Counted from the stretch's first letter, positions 56,301 through 64,000 are shown. The stretch is 64,000 nt of DNA from an uncultured Bacteroidales bacterium (GCA_964599365.1 CAZRFL010000012.1:2241-66240), one strand, 5' to 3'. The notes: generated by a model not told the origin, from the letters alone. Made by a program: numbers and translations.

Positions 56301-57329
56301 CGGAAGATCGTTTTTAGAACCGCCCAAATAAGTGGCATAAAGGCGCGAAGTTCCGGAAGGGTTGTATTTAATAATGGCAACATCACACCCCCCGCTATAG
56401 GTGCCTTCGCCTCCGCCAAAGTTTACCTGAAAAGCTCCGGGCGAAACCGGATAGCCGTTAACAATATCGTTAAAACAAATGCCGCCTGAATAGGTATCGC
56501 CCAGATCATCGTAAGTGGCTGTGAAGCCCCAGTTATCGGCCATGGATCCTGAATAGGTGGAAAATATCAAAACAGGGTCAATCACCAGTTCGTAATCTTT
56601 GTTATAGCCTTCCGGAAATTCAAAACTCAGACGGTTTTTCTTCAGAGCGAAATTGCAGGATACTTCGATACGCTGCCCGTTGATCATCTGATAGGCAATA
56701 GGCGCCAATTCAGTAACCTGGTTGACGGTAGTTTTGATGATAAGGTTGCGTTGTTGAATAGAAATGTTGGTCACACCATCGTAATCGATGGCGATGTTGC
56801 GGGCATCGGCTCCTTGGTGAAGAATGAACTGATACTTGAGCAATTGTTTGTTTTCGAGCAGCTCCAGATCAATTTTATCATAAAGGTTGATGTAGGAGAT
56901 TTTTTGAAAGTTGAGCACACCTGAGGCCCATTTGGAGCGATCACTGCCCAGAAAATAATTGCTATAGTCTGACCCCGGTTCAGAAGGTATGATCTCAACC
57001 TCGTGATTGGAGTTTACGAAGGTAGCCCGATAAGCGTGATAATCTATGATATATTCGGAAGAATCGGGATGAATTTCTTTGTTGACAGGATTGAGCTTGT
57101 AGGAGAGCAGTTTTTGATATTGCTGCATGTTGCGGAAGACGAATTGCAGTCCATTGGGCAGGCATTGAAGGTATCCTTCATTGAGGTCGGCCTTGTAGCG
57201 AACACGGGCATCCCATTGGCCTTTGTTTTCGACGAAACGCAGGTGCTGAGAGGTAAGCGAGTCTTTTTCGTGGGCAAAGGAAGCTATGCTTAACAACAGA
57301 AATGATAAGAGAGCGATAAACTTTTGCAT
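53340..57329 (-). CDS. giant cell-surface adhesin-like protein: SBBP beta-propeller repeats, PKD domain, SprB-type repeats, T9SS type-B (CHU_C) CTD
   Basis: Signal peptide and N-terminal FVENKGQW. PKD module (FSWDFGDGTYSTLTNPTHYYNNNGIYIVTLAVTD). Cys-rich repeats (C.DSCDG...GGTPPY.Y.WS.G). The C-terminus reads VPNAFTPDGDARNDVLFV...YDRWGEKVFES...GWDGTYRGKK...GNITLLR. Confidence 0.8.
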   Translation of the reverse strand: MQKFIALLSFLLLSIASFAHEKDSLTSQHLRFVENKGQWDARVRYKADLNEGYLQCLPNGLQFVFRNMQQYQKLLSYKLNPVNKEIHPDSSEYIIDYHAYRATFVNSNHEVEIIPSEPGSDYSNYFLGSDRSKWASGVLNFQKISYINLYDKIDLELLENKQLLKYQFILHQGADARNIAIDYDGVTNISIQQRNLIIKTTVNQVTELAPIAYQMINGQRIEVSCNFALKKNRLSFEFPEGYNKDYELVIDPVLIFSTYSGSMADNWGFTATYDDLGDTYSGGICFNDIVNGYPVSPGAFQVNFGGGEGTYSGGCDVAIIKYNPSGTSRLYATYLGGSKNDLPHSTIVDINGNLLLFGTTGSPDFPMGANAFDATFNGGGNITYDNVLTFALGVDMWVAKLNAAGNQLLSSTYLGGTGNDGLNLYAPLSHNYADGARGEINIDINNNVYIVSTTSSADFPVTPGVFQPSSAGGTLDGCISVLDNNLQNMIWSSYLGGSQLDAIYGITVDDTMNIYVCGGTTSTDFPSTPGAYQTTYNGGTSDGFITRIAPNGSSIQASTYYGSSSYDQNYLMDRSKKGHIFVYGQTTDAGSVFIQNAAWNQPGGGQFITKFNPKLNSRVWSTAFGTGSGIINISPTAFLVDLCAKIYLSGWGGSLNGSGGTSGLPISGNAFQSSTDNNDFYLLVIKDDASAMEYGTYFGGPFSQEHVDGGTSRFDRKGKIYQSVCAGCGSNDDFPTTPGAWSNTNNSNNCNNGTFKFDFMLPITIADFHLPPVICLPDSVHFNNTSYSGGVGMTFSWDFGDGTYSTLTNPTHYYNNNGIYIVTLAVTDTGTCNFSDTIAKQVLVLSNTSDTIPTKRICNGDFTQIGILPTGDSTVTFQWSPAFFLSDPHICNPIANPPISMTYTLLVSNGVCTDTLRQNLVVYNLDAFAGSDTTTCDGQITLTANTGQDANVFHWSTNHDFTDWLNMPHSNPSITTNITAPTYYYVSVDNGYCTAIDSVLVSFVVVADSFNIHPPACHDSCDGWAAVLISAGTPPFTYNWSNGGSNDTISGLCAGTYTVTVTDLSTCISVSTVILPQPDPLLTNAQLVNLPCDEACVGSITLNMTGGTPPYSYSWSTGGATNQISGLCAGTYSVTINDSELCQLTESFTLIVDSIFSHVDVYSDKDTIYQGQSTGLHATTIPTCSYTWVPSTGLDDPNSANPIASPTQTTTYILTISDPNGCTYLDTLKITVLEVFCVDPYVYVPNAFTPDGDARNDVLFVRSKMVSEMDFLVYDRWGEKVFESHDMNIGWDGTYRGKKCDPGVFVYYLDATCHNKVKYLKKGNITLLR

Positions 57330-57348
57330 ACGCGTATGAATTTACAAA

Positions 57349-57356
57349 CAAATATA
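57349..57356 (-). promoter_or_regulatory. -7 box (CAAAnnTA on the plus strand) for the adhesin gene
   Basis: CAAATATA lies 20 nt upstream of the ATG at 57329. Confidence 0.4.
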
Positions 57357-57586
57357 GGGAAATAATTTGAAATTGCCGAAAGTTTGAGAATTTCAGGAAG
57401 AAATTAGATTACGAGGGAGGGTGAAAAATATAATGGACTTTTCTCAGGTTATGACTTCTGAAAACTTCTCCTGAGCATTATTGATACGAAGAATATTCGG
57501 GATAAAAAAAACATTCGTGCAAAAATTTATTCCTAAAGTGTTTTATATACTGTGCTTTATACTTGAGGAGTTCCCAAACTTCATTA

Positions 57587-57922
57587 ATATATGGAAATTG
57601 TTTGAATTCCGGATAGACCAGTTTCCCGCGCGGGAAACTGGCCTATACACCTGTACAGACATGTTTCCTTCGCGGGAAACTAGTCTATACAACAGTCTAG
57701 ATGTGTTCGCTTCGCGGGAAACTCACCTATACACCTGTACAGACGTGTTTCCTCTGCGGGAAACTAGTCTATACAACATTATAGACGCATTTCTTTCGCG
57801 GGAAACTCATCTATACACCTGTACAGACATGTTTCCTCCGCGGGAAACTCACCTATACAACCGTACAGACCAGTTTCCCGCACAGCTAATGCATCTATAC
57901 AACTGTATAGACCCATTTACTT
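57587..57922. repeat. 42-bp tandem repeat (about 7.5 units; 84-bp higher-order) carrying two alternating palindromes
   Basis: The CGCGGGAAAC anchor falls at 57629, 57671, 57713, 57755, 57797 and 57839. Palindromes are GTTTCCCGCGCGGGAAAC (57621-57638) and CTATACAnnTGTAyAG (57643-57658; perfect at 57895-57910). Confidence 0.95.
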
Positions 57923-58080
57923 TCTTCGAAACAGGGTATTAATTTGTTGCAATTAGCAAATTTATTTCAAATCTCCCTCCAAGAGGGCGAAGTCAGAATA
58001 TTGAATGATTAAAATGGCATTCTTTATGCCAGATAAACAAATATCCCTGCTCCCTCTAACTTATAACTAACTCCTAATGC

Positions 58081-58848
58081 CTAAAAATTCATAAACCCCT
58101 GCCGGGTGATCACCCTCAGGAAGCTTTTGGAGAAAGCCACATTGTCGCCTTTGGTGTAGCGCTTTTGTGTAAAGATCTGCGCCAGCGTCTCCAACTGGTT
58201 TTCTTCAAGAAGTTTGGCCGTCAGCGGCAGGCTTTCTTTTTCTTTATAGAATTTATCTATGGCTTTGGCAGTGTATTTTTTGTATTTTTCCTGATGAATA
58301 ACGGCTTCCATGGGCAGGCGGTCTGTTAATTCCGGAGTTTCGTCGGGATAACCTACCACCAGTGTGGTAATTGGAACAACACCCTCGGGACAATCAAAGA
58401 AATCAACCAGTTTGTCGGCATTATAGGTAGTGGTTCCCAGATAGCATATCCCCAAACCATGGGCCTCGGCGGCAATGGCTACATTTTGGGCTGCCAGCAA
58501 GGCATCGATGGCGGCAGTGGTAAACGAAAGGAAATTATCGTAGCCCGGCTCGGCCTTGCGCTGCAGGCACCATTGGTTAAAACGGTTGAAATCGGCACAG
58601 AAGGTGAGCACCACGGGAGCTTGCAGCACCATATTCTGTTTGAAATGGTATTCCCAGAGTTTTTTCTTTTTGGCCTCATCGCGGGTAACGATGATGCTAT
58701 ACACCTGCATATTGCCGGTGGTCGAAGCGCGTGTCCCGGCTTCCAGAATTTGTTTGAGTACATCCTCAGCTATGGGATCAGATTTGTATTTGCGTATGGT
58801 TCGATGACCCATAATGGTTTTAATAGCATCCATGGTTTTGTTTTTCAT
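58081..58848 (-). CDS. NADPH-dependent nitroreductase-family oxidoreductase (NfsA-like)
   Basis: IMGHRTIRKYKSDPI...ILEAGTRASTTGNMQVYSIIV. Start chosen at MKNKTMD because the longer ORF runs through the upstream palindrome. Confidence 0.8.
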   Translation of the reverse strand: MKNKTMDAIKTIMGHRTIRKYKSDPIAEDVLKQILEAGTRASTTGNMQVYSIIVTRDEAKKKKLWEYHFKQNMVLQAPVVLTFCADFNRFNQWCLQRKAEPGYDNFLSFTTAAIDALLAAQNVAIAAEAHGLGICYLGTTTYNADKLVDFFDCPEGVVPITTLVVGYPDETPELTDRLPMEAVIHQEKYKKYTAKAIDKFYKEKESLPLTAKLLEENQLETLAQIFTQKRYTKGDNVAFSKSFLRVITRQGFMNF

Positions 58849-58871
58849 TGTTGATATTGATGTTAAATTAG

Positions 58872-58891
58872 AGACGCAAAATTTTGCGTCT
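58872..58891. repeat. perfect 20-nt palindrome (REP-like GC hairpin)
   Basis: AGACGCAAAATTTTGCGTCT lies between the AlkD-like stop and the nitroreductase start. Confidence 0.75.
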
Positions 58892-59602
58892 TTACTGTTT
58901 TCGTTTGTCAAATTTTTCCTGGCTTCGTTTCATGCGGTTGATGGCCGTTTGGCCCATGAGTTCGCGGTAAGCATCGCTGCCTATCCATCGGGCGGTCTTG
59001 TTTTCTGAGTTCATAAGGCTCTCTGATACTTTCAGAGCCTGATCGTACAGAGTCTGATTGCGCTTGCCTATCTGTCTTAGTGCCCAGTTCACTGCTTTGC
59101 GGACGAAATTGCGGCTGTCAGTAGAATATTGCACAATAAGTGGCAGAAATCTTTCGAAAACCTCATCCCTTGCTTCCCTGTCGTGCACCGCCAGGCAGGC
59201 CATCAATACAAACCCGGCACGTCGCACATATTCTTCTTCACGTTTGGTCCATTCCGAAATCTTTTGCAAGGCATAAGGGGTTTTGTCGAACAAATTGCTG
59301 CAGCATTGATCGCACACATCCCAGGAATCAAACTCCGAGACCCATTGCTCCATTTGTTCATTGGTCACTCTGGCGGGATCGTCGACCATGGTAGCCATTA
59401 TAAGTGCTTCATGTATGCCTGTTTCCCAAAGTTGCATGGCTAGGTTGTGATCTTTTTGATGAACTTTGGCCAGCTGTCGTAAATAGGGAAGGGGTACCCC
59501 CAAGGCTTTATCTGCAGTGATGCCGAATCGGGCCATGCCTTCACGATTGGCTTCGCTGCCTGCGGCTCTCAATTGCTCTATGATATCATTCAACAGGGAC
59601 AT
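58892..59602 (-). CDS. DNA alkylation repair protein (AlkD/AlkC-like HEAT-repeat family)
   Basis: GSEANREGMARFGI...LGVPLPYLRQLAK...LWETGIHEALIMAT...WDVCDQCC is the characteristic family pattern. Confidence 0.75.
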   Translation of the reverse strand: MSLLNDIIEQLRAAGSEANREGMARFGITADKALGVPLPYLRQLAKVHQKDHNLAMQLWETGIHEALIMATMVDDPARVTNEQMEQWVSEFDSWDVCDQCCSNLFDKTPYALQKISEWTKREEEYVRRAGFVLMACLAVHDREARDEVFERFLPLIVQYSTDSRNFVRKAVNWALRQIGKRNQTLYDQALKVSESLMNSENKTARWIGSDAYRELMGQTAINRMKRSQEKFDKRKQ

Positions 59603-59605
59603 AAT

Positions 59606-60577
59606 CTATTCTATTAAAACCAGGCCATCATTGGTGGCAAACCATTTGCGGTTGCGTCCGTCGACAGCAATTTTATTGACGAAGAAACTTGGCAGGCAGG
59701 AGTTCAAAGGATTGTAAAGGTTCCACTTTGTGCCTTCCCAACGGATGATGCCGTTGCCCGAGCCAAACCACATCACGCCTGTGTTGTCCATGCAGGGTTT
59801 GTAGTCGGTGAATTTCTGCAGTCCGGCATTTTCTGAAGTATAAAAGGTCCAGTGTTCACCCTCAATTTTGATAAGACCGCTCCAGTAGACAACCCAAACT
59901 GTCCCTGAAGCATCGGCATACACGTCGTTCACCTGGTTGTTAGGAAGCTGCGAATTGTTTTTCTGATAAACGGTGAACTCCGTCCCGTCGAATTTCGCAA
60001 AACCGCTGTTGGTGGCTATCCATTTGTTATTTTGCTTGTCCACGGCCAGTGCATTAACCAAATTGTCGGGCAGTTTCGAATTCGGAGTAGTATAAGCCGT
60101 CCAATGTTGCCCATTGAATGAGCACAATCCTTTGTCGGTGGCAAACCACATTACATCGCTGCGATCCTGTGCCATGGCAGTTATATGCACATCGCTGAGT
60201 CCGCTGTTGTCAGGATTATAGTTCACCCAGCTAGTATCATTATAAAGGTACACTCCATGATATCTTGTTCCTATCCACTTGCGGTTGTCGTTGTCGACAA
60301 AAATGGTGGTAACAAATTTATCCCTGAGCCCCGAATTGGTAGAATCAAAAATAGCGAAGTCGTAGCCATTGAACATTACCAACTTTCCTCCGAAAAAACA
60401 ATCGCCCGTAGCAAACCAAACCTGGTCCATATTATCGGTGGTTAATGTCTTGATGATATTGTCAGGGATCTTCGAGGTGTTCATGTCAAAGACTTTACAG
60501 TTGATGCTTGTGGTTTGCCCATGGGCAAAAGCCATCATGAACAGAAAGATCAGAATACCCGGGACTAAGTTTCTCAT
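59606..60577 (-). CDS. secreted two-component-regulator propeller (Reg_prop) repeat protein with no kinase or output domain
   Basis: Start at MRNLVPGILIFLFMMAFAHGQ (ATGA overlap with gldB). Repeats have the form N.KWIAT..G...FDG..WT.Y...NS.LP.N.V. Confidence 0.7.
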   Translation of the reverse strand: MRNLVPGILIFLFMMAFAHGQTTSINCKVFDMNTSKIPDNIIKTLTTDNMDQVWFATGDCFFGGKLVMFNGYDFAIFDSTNSGLRDKFVTTIFVDNDNRKWIGTRYHGVYLYNDTSWVNYNPDNSGLSDVHITAMAQDRSDVMWFATDKGLCSFNGQHWTAYTTPNSKLPDNLVNALAVDKQNNKWIATNSGFAKFDGTEFTVYQKNNSQLPNNQVNDVYADASGTVWVVYWSGLIKIEGEHWTFYTSENAGLQKFTDYKPCMDNTGVMWFGSGNGIIRWEGTKWNLYNPLNSCLPSFFVNKIAVDGRNRKWFATNDGLVLIE

Positions 60578-61587
60578 GGCTTTTTGGGTTTGTATTTTGA
60601 GATCTGTAGTATCTGCTGCGAATCTTTTGTCTCGATAAGCTTCTTGAGATTGATCTGTCCGGTATTGCGAATATAGTCCCTGACGATCTGCCAACCTATC
60701 CATGTTCCGGTGCGGGCAGGTGATTCCTTGCCGAAGGCAGTGGTAAAGGGACCGTCGCTGATAAATTTCATGAAGGCTGTATAATCTTTGCTGTAAAGCA
60801 TCTTATTGTTGATGAAAAAGGCCCACATTTTCGATTCATTATCATTACACCAGTCGAGTTGCTTTTGGGAGTATTCCATTTTAATGCTGTCAGGTGTTTC
60901 GGGCAGCAAAGCATCAATGAAAAACTGCAGCTTGCCGCTATATACCATATAGTCCAGGCAGGTGGCATCTTTCAGTTCTTCGTAATCGTAATATTTTGCA
61001 ATGGCCTGGGCGCAATCTTTGGCAATATATTCTTTGGTCATGCCTTTTCTGATAAAGATAGGCAATCCAACCTGACTATACAGGGGGTAATCTTTCCCGA
61101 GATACATATCCAGAGCTATGAGTAATACACTGTCGGCATAGATTACCGGATGTTCGAAATCCATACCGCAGACATAAGTATAAACCTCTGGTAATCGATG
61201 GTCAGGGAAATAATAGGCAAAATAGGATATCATTCCTGAAAGTTCTTTCTCAAGACTGCTCAAATCCGAATATTGTTTCTGTACTTCCTCATAATTCTTA
61301 ATCATTTCGGGGTCGTTCAGGTATTCAGCATACTGTTTGAGGTTGGCCGGGTCGTTCAAATCTCCGTCGAGAAAGAAACTGTATTTCGGTTTTAGCTTCA
61401 CCAGTTCGTTTTTCAGGTCTTTTTTATTGATGGCAAAGAGTTCCTTATCGTAACGGTTGATCTTTACCACCACTTTCTTTTCTATTTTGGGAGCATCAAT
61501 TTTATTGTCTTTTTTGTGATTGCAACTGCAAGCCGTGAACAAATAAAGACAGACCAGCAGCGGGCTTAGTATAAGAAAACGTTTCAT
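60574..61587 (-). CDS. gldB: gliding-motility lipoprotein GldB-like
   Basis: Lipobox LFTAC. VKINRYDKELF..., YYFPDHRLPEVYTYV and LIALDMYLGKDYPLY match my recollection of GldB. A nadE neighbourhood is also seen next to gldB in flavobacteria. Confidence 0.6.
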   Translation of the reverse strand: MKRFLILSPLLVCLYLFTACSCNHKKDNKIDAPKIEKKVVVKINRYDKELFAINKKDLKNELVKLKPKYSFFLDGDLNDPANLKQYAEYLNDPEMIKNYEEVQKQYSDLSSLEKELSGMISYFAYYFPDHRLPEVYTYVCGMDFEHPVIYADSVLLIALDMYLGKDYPLYSQVGLPIFIRKGMTKEYIAKDCAQAIAKYYDYEELKDATCLDYMVYSGKLQFFIDALLPETPDSIKMEYSQKQLDWCNDNESKMWAFFINNKMLYSKDYTAFMKFISDGPFTTAFGKESPARTGTWIGWQIVRDYIRNTGQINLKKLIETKDSQQILQISKYKPKKP

Positions 61588-61652
61588 CCCTGTATGTTTA
61601 TATTTTAGTGCAAAATTATTATTTAAACTGATTTTGCCGTTGCTTATTATAT

Positions 61653-61660
61653 TAATTTTG
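61653..61660 (+). promoter_or_regulatory. -7 box TAnnTTTG
   Basis: TAATTTTG lies 23 nt upstream of the ATG at 61683. Confidence 0.45.
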
Positions 61661-61682
61661 CTGTAAATTAAATCAGTGTATT

Positions 61683-62381
61683 ATGAAAAAGGTTTTGATT
61701 TTAAGTGTTTTGTTAGTCGCATTTTCTGGACTGAAGGCTCAGGACAGGGCTTTTAATTTTGGTTTGCATGGCACGCCCAATCTTAGCTGGATGAAGTCCA
61801 ATGTTGACGGTGCAGTTTATAAATCCGACGGTTCCACCATTAACATGGGCTACGGCGCCGAATTCAATTATTTTTTTATTGACAACCTAGGTATAGGAAC
61901 CGGAGTAAGCGTTGTTTATACCGGAGGTAAGTTGAAATACGAAACAAGGTATCCTGATGTTAAGGATACTACAGGTATTTTGGAGAGGAAATATAAACTC
62001 CAGTATCTTGAAATTCCCTTGGTAATGATAGGAACTACCGGAAATATGTTGGGCAAATTCGCTATATATGCGAAATTTGGATTAGGCACTTCCTTTAAGC
62101 TGAGTGCTAAAGCAAATGACAAATTTACTCCAGACGACGCTACTAGTACTCCAATATTAGTTGAAAACAAAAAAATCACAAAAGTAAGTTTTATCCGCGA
62201 ATCCATGATCATAGGCGTAGGTGCCACTTATAAAGTTGCCAAGATTATTTCGGTCAATCTGGGACTTACCTATAATAATGGGTTTACGGATGCACTCACC
62301 AGTACTAATCTGGCAAAACCTGAAATAAAAGAGAATGCCAAGATAAACTATTTCGAAATGTCGCTGGGGATATTATTCTAG
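61683..62381 (+). CDS. outer-membrane beta-barrel (porin-family, OMP_b-brl_2-like) protein
   Basis: Signal peptide ending in KAQ. Alternating beta-strand pattern with the terminal strand YFEMSLGILF. Confidence 0.7.
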   Translation: MKKVLILSVLLVAFSGLKAQDRAFNFGLHGTPNLSWMKSNVDGAVYKSDGSTINMGYGAEFNYFFIDNLGIGTGVSVVYTGGKLKYETRYPDVKDTTGILERKYKLQYLEIPLVMIGTTGNMLGKFAIYAKFGLGTSFKLSAKANDKFTPDDATSTPILVENKKITKVSFIRESMIIGVGATYKVAKIISVNLGLTYNNGFTDALTSTNLAKPEIKENAKINYFEMSLGILF

Positions 62382-62395
62382 AACATACCACCACT

Positions 62396-64000
62396 ATGAA
62401 AATTGCTTTGGCTCAACTGAATTTCCATGTAGGCAATTTTGAGCTGAATTGTCAGAAGATCATTAACACCATCGAGGAGGCAAAGCTTAATCAGGCTGAT
62501 CTGGTTGTTTTTCCGGAGCTCTCTGTTTGCGGCTATCCTCCGCGCGATTTTCTCGAATTTTCCGATTTTATTCAACGTTGCAACCAAGCCATAGCGGATA
62601 TTGTGCAGCATACTGCCGGCATTGCTGTTATAGTCGGCGCCCCTTCGGTGAACCCGGGTATAGCAGGCAAGAACCTTTTCAACTCTGCCTATTTCATTTC
62701 CGATCAAAAGGTGGTGTTTGTTCAGCATAAATCATTGCTGCCTAATTATGATGTGTTCGATGAGTACCGCTATTTCGAACCCAATACACTTTTCGATGTG
62801 TTTGAATTCAAAGGGCACCGCATTGCCCTGACCATATGCGAGGACCTTTGGAATGTGAACAACGACCCTCAATATGTGATGGAACCTATGGCCGAACTAA
62901 GTATACTTCAGCCGGACCTGCTTATCAATATTGCGGCTTCCCCTTTTCACTACAATCAGCATGAGATACGCAAGGAGATACTGATCACCAATGCCCTGAA
63001 ATATAAATTGCCTGTGGTTTATGTGAACCATGTGGGCGCTCAAACCGAACTGATCTTCGATGGAGGCTCTATGGCCATGGATGCCGAAGGCAATACTATA
63101 GCCGCATGTCCTTTCTTTACAGAAAGCCTGACCACTTTCGATCTGGATAAGCCGGCGATGGAGAACCCTTCGGTTAAGATACCCGACAAGATAGAACGCA
63201 TTTATGAGGCTTTGATTTTGGGTGTAAGAGATTATTTCTCCAAAATGGGCTTTACGAAAGCCATTCTCGGACTTTCGGGGGGTATAGATTCGGCGCTTAC
63301 CATGGTGATTGCCAAGGAAGCATTGGGAGCCGAAAATGTGCTGGGTGTGCTGATGCCCTCGAAGTTTTCATCCGACCATTCGGTGAATGATGCCATACAA
63401 CTGGCCAAAAACCTGGGGTGTAAATATGAGATCATCCCTATAGAACCAGCTTACCATACCTTTGAAGAAACCCTTGCGCCTTTGTTTACCGGGCAGCCTT
63501 TTAATATAGCCGAAGAGAATATTCAGGCGCGCATACGGGCTGTTTTGCTGATGGCTGTTTCGAACAAGTTCGGACATATTTTGCTGAATACTTCCAACAA
63601 AAGCGAGGCTGCCGTGGGTTACGGAACCCTTTACGGAGATATGTGCGGCGGTTTGTCGGTTTTGGGCGATGTGTATAAAACCCAGGTGTATCATCTCGCG
63701 CAGTTTGTGAATCGTGAGGAAGAGATCATCCCGGAGAATACGATTCAGAAACCCCCTTCGGCAGAACTGCGACCCGACCAGAAAGATTCGGATTCCCTGC
63801 CTGAATATTCTATTCTGGATGAGATATTGTTCCAATATATAGAACGCCGCCTAGGCCCCAACGAACTTATTGCTATGGGTTATGAAGACGACATGGTGCA
63901 CCGCATACTGAAACTGGTGAACACCAGCGAATATAAACGCTACCAGACACCTCCCATTTTGCGCATTTCGCCCAAGGCTTTTGGTATGGGGAGGAGACTG
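62396..64000 (+). CDS. nadE: glutamine-dependent NAD+ synthetase, 3'-truncated by the window edge (not in the supplied ORF track)
   Basis: My own translation from the ATG at 62396 gives MKIALAQLNFHVGNFELNCQKII...VVFPELSVCGYPPRDFLEF (CN-hydrolase domain). Further on it gives GLSGGIDSAL (PP-loop SGGxDS) and SNKSEAAVGYGTLYGDM. The frame is open to nt 64000. Confidence 0.9.
   Translation, partial: MKIALAQLNFHVGNFELNCQKIINTIEEAKLNQADLVVFPELSVCGYPPRDFLEFSDFIQRCNQAIADIVQHTAGIAVIVGAPSVNPGIAGKNLFNSAYFISDQKVVFVQHKSLLPNYDVFDEYRYFEPNTLFDVFEFKGHRIALTICEDLWNVNNDPQYVMEPMAELSILQPDLLINIAASPFHYNQHEIRKEILITNALKYKLPVVYVNHVGAQTELIFDGGSMAMDAEGNTIAACPFFTESLTTFDLDKPAMENPSVKIPDKIERIYEALILGVRDYFSKMGFTKAILGLSGGIDSALTMVIAKEALGAENVLGVLMPSKFSSDHSVNDAIQLAKNLGCKYEIIPIEPAYHTFEETLAPLFTGQPFNIAEENIQARIRAVLLMAVSNKFGHILLNTSNKSEAAVGYGTLYGDMCGGLSVLGDVYKTQVYHLAQFVNREEEIIPENTIQKPPSAELRPDQKDSDSLPEYSILDEILFQYIERRLGPNELIAMGYEDDMVHRILKLVNTSEYKRYQTPPILRISPKAFGMGRRL

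Noticed and set aside
57587-57922. CRISPR array interpretation of the 42-bp, 21-bp (33248-33474) and G5 (15108-15330) arrays
   Set aside because: The units are contiguous with no unique spacers, variation is point-mutational across the whole unit, and no cas genes or leader-like region lie nearby.
57587-57922. Replication origin or iteron cluster
   Set aside because: I saw no cluster of DnaA boxes (TTATCCACA), no adjacent dnaA, dnaN or rep gene, and no AT-rich unwinding element next to the arrays.
57481-57942. 153-aa ORF with 14-aa repeats (FP.RET.LY.C.D), which could be read as a repeat protein
   Set aside because: It is open only because the 42-bp DNA unit is a multiple of 3. There is no plausible start context or -7 box, and the conserved features are DNA palindromes rather than peptide features.
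1-64000. tRNA, rRNA, tmRNA or RNase P genes, and prophage, integrative-element or transposon content
   Set aside because: I found no T-loop (GGTTCGAATCC-like) context outside coding sequence and no rRNA-like stretches. No integrase, transposase, recombinase or phage structural motif appears in any ORF. This was a by-eye scan only, and a tRNAscan or Infernal run would be decisive.

Overview
This 64-kb window looks like a chromosomal segment of a Bacteroidota genome, probably an anaerobe. The supporting evidence is T9SS C-terminal sorting domains on five secreted proteins, a GldB-like lipoprotein, the DUF4290-murA gene pair, and TAnnTTTG -7 promoter boxes 15-35 nt upstream of many start codons. 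I call about 47 protein-coding genes.

Gene content:
- Housekeeping: aroB, aroA, murA, sufB, purB, rarA, and nadE. nadE runs off the 3' edge and is absent from the supplied ORF track.
- Purine oxidation and uptake: xdhC-xdhA-xdhB and an NCS2 permease.
- Citrate lyase: a fused citD-citE gene plus citF.
- An LtaS-like transferase overlapping a lipid kinase gene.
- An M16 peptidase.
- Many surface or secreted proteins.

By eye I found no rRNA, tRNA, CRISPR array, cas gene, integrase or transposase.

Most unusual content:
1. Three unrelated intergenic tandem arrays share a 20-21 or 42 bp period. One consists of two different palindromes alternating every 21 bp, upstream of a 1329-aa adhesin gene.
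2. A tightly coupled cluster encodes an O-methyltransferase and two cobalamin-type radical SAM enzymes, divergent from an EamA exporter. Its product is unknown.
3. A lipoprotein / beta-barrel / T9SS-cargo operon has overlapping stop and start codons.
4. A low-GC surface-protein islet holds four DUF5011 paralogues and two lipoproteins with 11-residue repeats.
5. Many intergenic regions are built from short stuttered words and small GC hairpins that recur at distant loci.

All functional calls rest on motif recognition by eye. No searches or computations were run.
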